DNA from: Deltaproteobacteria bacterium
GTDB lineage: Bacteria > Myxococcota_A > Polyangia > Fen-1088
Direction of reading: 5' to 3'
DNA length: 64,000 nucleotides
Assembly (NCBI GenBank): GCA_033763315.1
Contig: JANRKS010000029.1
Span: 1-64,000 of the forward strand
Shown: positions 59,177 to 64,000 of the stretch, piece after piece
Position numbering within the stretch: position 1 is the first letter of the stretch
Layout of the letters: every line of letters begins with the position of its first letter
The notes under the pieces: generated by a model
Database searches by the model: none
What the model saw: the letters and a program-made list of their open reading frames with translations, nothing else
What the model was told of the DNA's origin: nothing
Translations under genes and position numbers: made by a program

Positions 59177-60166
59177 TTACGGCGTGCAACCGATGGCTTT
59201 GACGTCCACCGCCAGATCGTCGAGATACATATCAAAGTCGGCAGGCAGGTCGTGGTAGAGCGACATGCCAAACTGGATGAAGCGGTAGGTGGTGAGCGGT
59301 TCGCCTGGTGCGTTTGTGGCGGTGGCCACTTGCTGGCCGTCCACCAATAACTTCAGTTCGCCCGTGCTCTTCTTGAATTGTGCTTCCACGCAGATCCATT
59401 TTTTCACCGGGATCGCGCCCACGGGGTCAAACACCTTGCCAAGAGGTGCGAGGATCCACTTGTTGCCTGCTTGGCCGCCGAACTCCACATTGCTTTCGTT
59501 AACCGCGCCGTTGCCGCGGAACATGAACGAGTGGCGAAATTCGTGTGGCGCTGAGAAGTAAGTGAAGAAGCGCGCGAAGAGATCGCCACCGCCAGTCTTC
59601 ACGCTTTCAGGCACCGTCTTTAACGTGATGTAGCCTTTGGCCATCGCTTCGGACGTCGTTTTGAGCAGATGAATTTGCAGCGCTCTTCCGGGGCCGCGCA
59701 ACGCCGTGACCTGATCCTTGACCACTTTGACCGTACCGGCACTGGCCGAAATTGACCAAGCGGCCGTAAGATCAGTTTCGAAGCCTTGGCAGGCCGCTTG
59801 GGCGCAGCTTGCGGCCGAAACCATACCCCCCGTGCCCGCCATGCCGCCGCCCGCACCGCCGGAACCACCCGCGCCCGCCACACCCCCGGACCCGGGAGCG
59901 CCGCCGCCACCGACGCCGCTTCCTGCACCACCCCCTGCGCCCGCGGTGCCACCGGTGCCGCCTTGGGCACTTTGTTGCCCGCCGCCGCCGCCCCCAGCCT
60001 CGCCCCCGCCGCCGCCTTCAGCTTCACCGCCGCTGCCACCGCGGCCCTCATCGCCATCACCGTCGCCCCCAGAAGTGCAGCTTAGGCAGGCAACCAAGGC
60101 CATGGTTGAAAACAAAAGCCGTGATGAGGCCGGAACGACCAACGAATGACATATGCCGAACTTCAT
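59177..60166 (-). CDS. Lipoprotein with Gly-rich linker and a jelly-roll (Cip1/polysaccharide-lyase-like) domain
   Basis: CLSC lipobox; long Gly/Ala linker; FARFF, WICVEAQF, VDG, FG, DMYLDDLAV...IGC. Confidence 0.65.
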   Translation of the reverse strand: MKFGICHSLVVPASSRLLFSTMALVACLSCTSGGDGDGDEGRGGSGGEAEGGGGGEAGGGGGGQQSAQGGTGGTAGAGGGAGSGVGGGGAPGSGGVAGAGGSGGAGGGMAGTGGMVSAASCAQAACQGFETDLTAAWSISASAGTVKVVKDQVTALRGPGRALQIHLLKTTSEAMAKGYITLKTVPESVKTGGGDLFARFFTYFSAPHEFRHSFMFRGNGAVNESNVEFGGQAGNKWILAPLGKVFDPVGAIPVKKWICVEAQFKKSTGELKLLVDGQQVATATNAPGEPLTTYRFIQFGMSLYHDLPADFDMYLDDLAVDVKAIGCTP

Positions 60167-60291
60167 AGCCGCGAGTCTGGTACGGTATGGGCGCTCATGG
60201 CAAGAAGATCCCACTTCGTATCGCGCGAAATAGGAACAACGCGCCGCTCCCGCTGGTGCCATTGACGTAGGCCCCGCGTATTCTCACGCCC

Positions 60292-60789
60292 ATGGACCGC
60301 GCCGCCACATTGATTCAGAAACTCGGTCTGCAACCACATCCCGAACGCGGCTTCTTCGCGGAGACGTACCGCTCGCCACAGCGCATTGACAGCCAGCTTC
60401 ACGGCGGCACACGCGCCGCCAGCACCGCGATCTATTTTCTCATCAACGCCGAGCACGGCGCCACGTACCTGCACCGTCTGATCTCAGACGAGATCTTTCA
60501 TTTCTACGAAGGCGGCCCACTCGACGTGTTGATGTTGTTTGCCGACGGTCGCGGCGAGGTGAGGCGCCTTGGTACAAACATCGAAGCAGGTGAGCGTCCA
60601 CAGATCGTGATCCCCGCAGGCACTTGGTTTGGCACCGCATTGCCGGCGGGTGTCTCGCATTGTTTGTTCGGCTGCACCGTCGCGCCAGGTTTCGAATTCG
60701 AAGACTTCGCGTTGGCGCAAGGCCCCGAGTTGGCGGTGCGCTATCCTTCGTTCGCGGGTCTCATCGCGCGCATGAGCCGTCACGGTTGA
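60292..60789 (+). CDS. Cupin_5 (DUF985) family protein
   Basis: LGLQPHPERGFFAETYRS, TAIYFL, HRL.SDEIFHFYEG, CTVAPGFEFEDF. Confidence 0.92.
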   Translation: MDRAATLIQKLGLQPHPERGFFAETYRSPQRIDSQLHGGTRAASTAIYFLINAEHGATYLHRLISDEIFHFYEGGPLDVLMLFADGRGEVRRLGTNIEAGERPQIVIPAGTWFGTALPAGVSHCLFGCTVAPGFEFEDFALAQGPELAVRYPSFAGLIARMSRHG

Positions 60790-60998
60790 AACGCTGAGGA
60801 CCTCGCCCACGCATTCCACGTGCGCCTTGATGTGCCCATGTCGGCAAAGGTAACCGGCGGCGGCCGCTGCACGTCACCAAACGTGGGCGCTCTCCTATCG
60901 GAAACGCAAACTTCGGGCATCATGGGTATCCGCAGAAAATGTGCGCCGCGCTTAGATCCTTTTGTGAAGGCGTGCGTTTACGAGGATGGAGGGCTTGG

Positions 60999-63900
60999 AT
61001 GCTCAAACGAACCGCGTTGTTGTGCTTTTTTTCGGGAACGGTGGCCGCACCTTTGGGTGCCTGCAAAACGAACCAAACTTCTGTGGAGGGGGCCGCCGGC
61101 GCATTAGCCTCAGGCCCCGCGGGAGGTTCAGGCGCCGCCAAGGCGTTGGCCCCGCAAGGCGCAGAGAAAGCGCCGCCTGAAAGCGGCCGTGCCGCCGAAA
61201 CGCCGCTGGTGGGCGAGGTGGCCACGAAGATCGAATCGCACTTCGCGGGGAAAAACAGCCAACGCATTTATGTGCAAGTGGATAAGCCGCTTTACCAGCC
61301 GGGCGAAACCATTTGGATCAAAACATGGGATCTCAAGCTACGCGACTTCTCGGGTGGCGGCGCCAACGGCATTCACTACGAGTTGGTAAGCCCCAAGGGC
61401 GCCACTGTGGTGCAAAAGTACGTGCAGCAAGACGCGGGCATGGCCACCAACGATTTCGTGATCCCCGAAGGCGTTGAAGGCGGCGAGTATTCTTTGCGTG
61501 TGCGCACCGACGATGGCGTGAGCGAAACGCGCCCCGTGGTGGTGAGTGCCTATGAAGCGCCTCGGCTGAAGAAAAAGCTCGAGTTTTTGCGCAAGGCTTA
61601 CGGGCCGGGCGATGAAGTGAGCGCAACGGTGAAGGTGGAACGGCCCACCGGCGAAGTGCTTGCGGGCAAGAAGCTGCAAGGTGTGATCATGCTGGACGAT
61701 CGCAACTTGCCCAACGTTGAAGCCACCACCGATGGCCAAGGCGGCGCTGTGGTGAAGTTCAAGTTGCCCGACAACATTGATAAGGGCGATGGCCTGCTTA
61801 CTGTGCTTGTGCAAGACGGCGGCATCACCGAGTCGATCAGCAAGCGTGTGCCAATCGTGTTGAAGAAGCTGCAGCTTTCTGTGTTCCCTGAGGGCGGCGA
61901 TCTAGTGGAAGGCCTGCAAAGCCGGATCTATTTCGAGGCACAAACGATGCTCGGCAAGCCTGCCGACATGGAAGGCAAGATCGTTGACGATCAAGGCCAA
62001 ACGGCGGCGCTGTTGCGGACGCATCATTTCGGTTTGGGCCGCGGCACGTTCACTCCTGCGCCTGGCCGCACGTACCACGTTGAAGTCACGCAGCCCGTGG
62101 GCATCGATCTGCATTACCCCTTGCCCGCCGTGAAGCCCGAAGGTTGTGTGCTGCGTACGTTCGATGACTACGATGGCGTGGTGCCCGAGCTGCGCGTGGG
62201 GGTCATGTGCTCAACGGATAAAGACGCGCTTTTGACCGCGGTTGTGCGTGAAAACCTATTCGATGCCGCGCGCGTTCAAGTCAAAGCCGGACGGCAAGCC
62301 GTTGTGTATTTGAAAGCGAAGACCAAAACGCTGGCCAAAGCGCAAGGCATTGCGCGTGTGACCTTGTTTGATGAAAACAAGAACCCGCTGGCCGAACGCG
62401 TGGTGTTCCGCAACCGACGCAATGGCTTGGTGGTCAAGGTTGAGCCCGACGCCGAAAGCTACAGCCCGCGGGAACAGGTGGCGTTGACGGTGCGCACAGA
62501 AGACAGTGAAGGCCAACCTGTGCCAGCCGAAGTGGCGCTGTCTGTTGTGGACGATACGGTGGTTAGTTTCGCCGATGATAAGACAGGGCACTTGTTGAGC
62601 CGCGTGTTGTTTGAGCAGGACATCCCCGGCAAGGTGGAGGAGCCCAAGTTCTTCTTCGATGTCACTGAAGCCAAGGCACCTGCGGCGTTGGATATGTTGA
62701 TGGGCACGCGCGGGTGGCGTCACTTCGTGTGGCAGCCTGTGTTTTCGCCGCCGCCACCTTCGATGCCTTTGGGTGCGATCGGGTCTGGCATGGGTGGCGG
62801 GGGCGCTCGGCCTCGGCCTATGCCTCGGCGTGGCATCCCTGCCATGGAGATGGCCGAAGGTGCGCTGCCGCCCGAAGCAGCGATGGCGTTGCCCGCGCCG
62901 CCGCCCGCGATGCCGAAAGGTGCCATGCCTCAACCTCCCGGCGCACCAGCGGCGATGCGTATGCCGGCCGCTCCGCCCGTGGCGCAAGCCAAACCGGTGG
63001 CGCGCGCCGATGTCGCGGACCGTGCTGTGGCGGCACCCGAAAAGAAGAAGATCATGATGAAGGAAGAGGCCGAGGCGCCAAGGGATCAGGCGCCGGCCCA
63101 AGCGGTGGGCGGTTTGCGGGGCCGGGTGGCCGGCAAGAGAGCCCGCGCTATGGACGACGAGCTCGCCGCCTTGGATGCGGACGAAGCGGTTGCGAACAAT
63201 GCGATTGTCCGCCGCCCGCGGCCCATGGGCTTTGCACCCGTGCGTGAATTTCCCGCGCCCAAGTACACAGGGGCGTTCGACGGTGTGCGCACCGATTTTC
63301 GCGAGACGATCGCGTTTGCGCCGCGCGTACGCACCGACAACAAGGGCAAAGGCATTGTCACCTTCTATTTGTCGGATGCCGTAACTTCATTCCGCGTGTT
63401 CGCTGAAGGCGTTGGGGGGGCACAGATCGGCCGCGCAGAGAAGGTCTTCAAATCGAGCCTGCCGTTCTCGATGAGTGTGAAGTTGCCCTTGGAAGTCAGC
63501 GCTGGCGATCAGATGTTGCTGCCGTTGACCTTGAGCAACGAACGCAGCGAGGCGTTGCCCGTGACGCTCACGTCAAGCTTTGGCGATCTTATCGACGTCA
63601 CACAAAACCCAGACGTGCCAAAGCAACTTGGCGCGCGAGCTCGCAGCAGCCTATTTTATGGCGTCACGGTCAAGGGCCAGCCTGGCGAAAGCAAAGTGTC
63701 GTTCGCGGCGCAAGCGGGCGGCTTGAAGGATGAGTTCTCGCGCACGTTGACGGTGGTGCCGCTTGGGTTTCCACAAACCGTATCGCGCAGCGGCTCTGTG
63801 AAAGGGCAGGCGCAGATCACGTTCGACACGGGCGCTGCACTGCCTGGGAGCATGGACGCAAAGCTAACGATCTACACCAGCCCCACGGCCACGCTGCTTT

Positions 63901-64000
63901 CGGGCCTCGATGGCATGATCCGCGAGCCTTATGGCTGCTTCGAGCAAACCAGCAGCACCAATTATCCCAACGTGATGGTGTTGTCGTATCTGAAAACGCA
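60999..64000 (+). CDS. Alpha-2-macroglobulin-family lipoprotein with thioester motif; partial, runs off the window end
   Basis: Manual translation from ATG 60999 (GGAGG RBS): LGAC lipobox, MG2 DKPLYQPGETIW, EYxxP-like AYEAPRL, FPEGG, RTDFRET, and in-frame PYGCFEQ at about 63927-63947. Confidence 0.92.
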   Translation, partial: MLKRTALLCFFSGTVAAPLGACKTNQTSVEGAAGALASGPAGGSGAAKALAPQGAEKAPPESGRAAETPLVGEVATKIESHFAGKNSQRIYVQVDKPLYQPGETIWIKTWDLKLRDFSGGGANGIHYELVSPKGATVVQKYVQQDAGMATNDFVIPEGVEGGEYSLRVRTDDGVSETRPVVVSAYEAPRLKKKLEFLRKAYGPGDEVSATVKVERPTGEVLAGKKLQGVIMLDDRNLPNVEATTDGQGGAVVKFKLPDNIDKGDGLLTVLVQDGGITESISKRVPIVLKKLQLSVFPEGGDLVEGLQSRIYFEAQTMLGKPADMEGKIVDDQGQTAALLRTHHFGLGRGTFTPAPGRTYHVEVTQPVGIDLHYPLPAVKPEGCVLRTFDDYDGVVPELRVGVMCSTDKDALLTAVVRENLFDAARVQVKAGRQAVVYLKAKTKTLAKAQGIARVTLFDENKNPLAERVVFRNRRNGLVVKVEPDAESYSPREQVALTVRTEDSEGQPVPAEVALSVVDDTVVSFADDKTGHLLSRVLFEQDIPGKVEEPKFFFDVTEAKAPAALDMLMGTRGWRHFVWQPVFSPPPPSMPLGAIGSGMGGGGARPRPMPRRGIPAMEMAEGALPPEAAMALPAPPPAMPKGAMPQPPGAPAAMRMPAAPPVAQAKPVARADVADRAVAAPEKKKIMMKEEAEAPRDQAPAQAVGGLRGRVAGKRARAMDDELAALDADEAVANNAIVRRPRPMGFAPVREFPAPKYTGAFDGVRTDFRETIAFAPRVRTDNKGKGIVTFYLSDAVTSFRVFAEGVGGAQIGRAEKVFKSSLPFSMSVKLPLEVSAGDQMLLPLTLSNERSEALPVTLTSSFGDLIDVTQNPDVPKQLGARARSSLFYGVTVKGQPGESKVSFAAQAGGLKDEFSRTLTVVPLGFPQTVSRSGSVKGQAQITFDTGAALPGSMDAKLTIYTSPTATLLSGLDGMIREPYGCFEQTSSTNYPNVMVLSYLKT

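Overview
GC-rich (visually about 60-65%), gene-dense bacterial chromosomal segment. The gene content looks like Myxococcota/Polyangia: many lipoproteins with Gly/Ser linkers, DUF1592/1588-type and YVTN-cytochrome c proteins, FHA, VWA and an alpha-2-macroglobulin. About 45 CDSs are supportable. Housekeeping and repair genes include tgt, mutS2, icd, deoC, SMUG1 and yaeQ. Carbohydrate-active genes include GH36, GH6, a double-barrel GH97 fusion and three GT-C-like membrane proteins. There are five secreted c-type cytochromes (11 CxxCH motifs in total), signalling genes, a Phd/YefM-VapC toxin-antitoxin pair and a eukaryote-like phytochelatin synthase. No rRNA, tRNA, CRISPR array or transposase was seen. 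The best candidate for an undescribed system is a divergent TGT, translationally coupled to a stand-alone MnmC-type amine methyltransferase, which could make an N-methyl-preQ1-type modification. Other signals read directly from the DNA are 11 apparently leaderless genes (TAnnnT 6-8 nt before the start codon), an 18-bp motif shared by the araC and phyH upstream regions, an ECF42-type promoter before a DGPF gene, and a TGTACA operator at the TA locus. All family assignments come from motif recognition by eye; no database searches were run.
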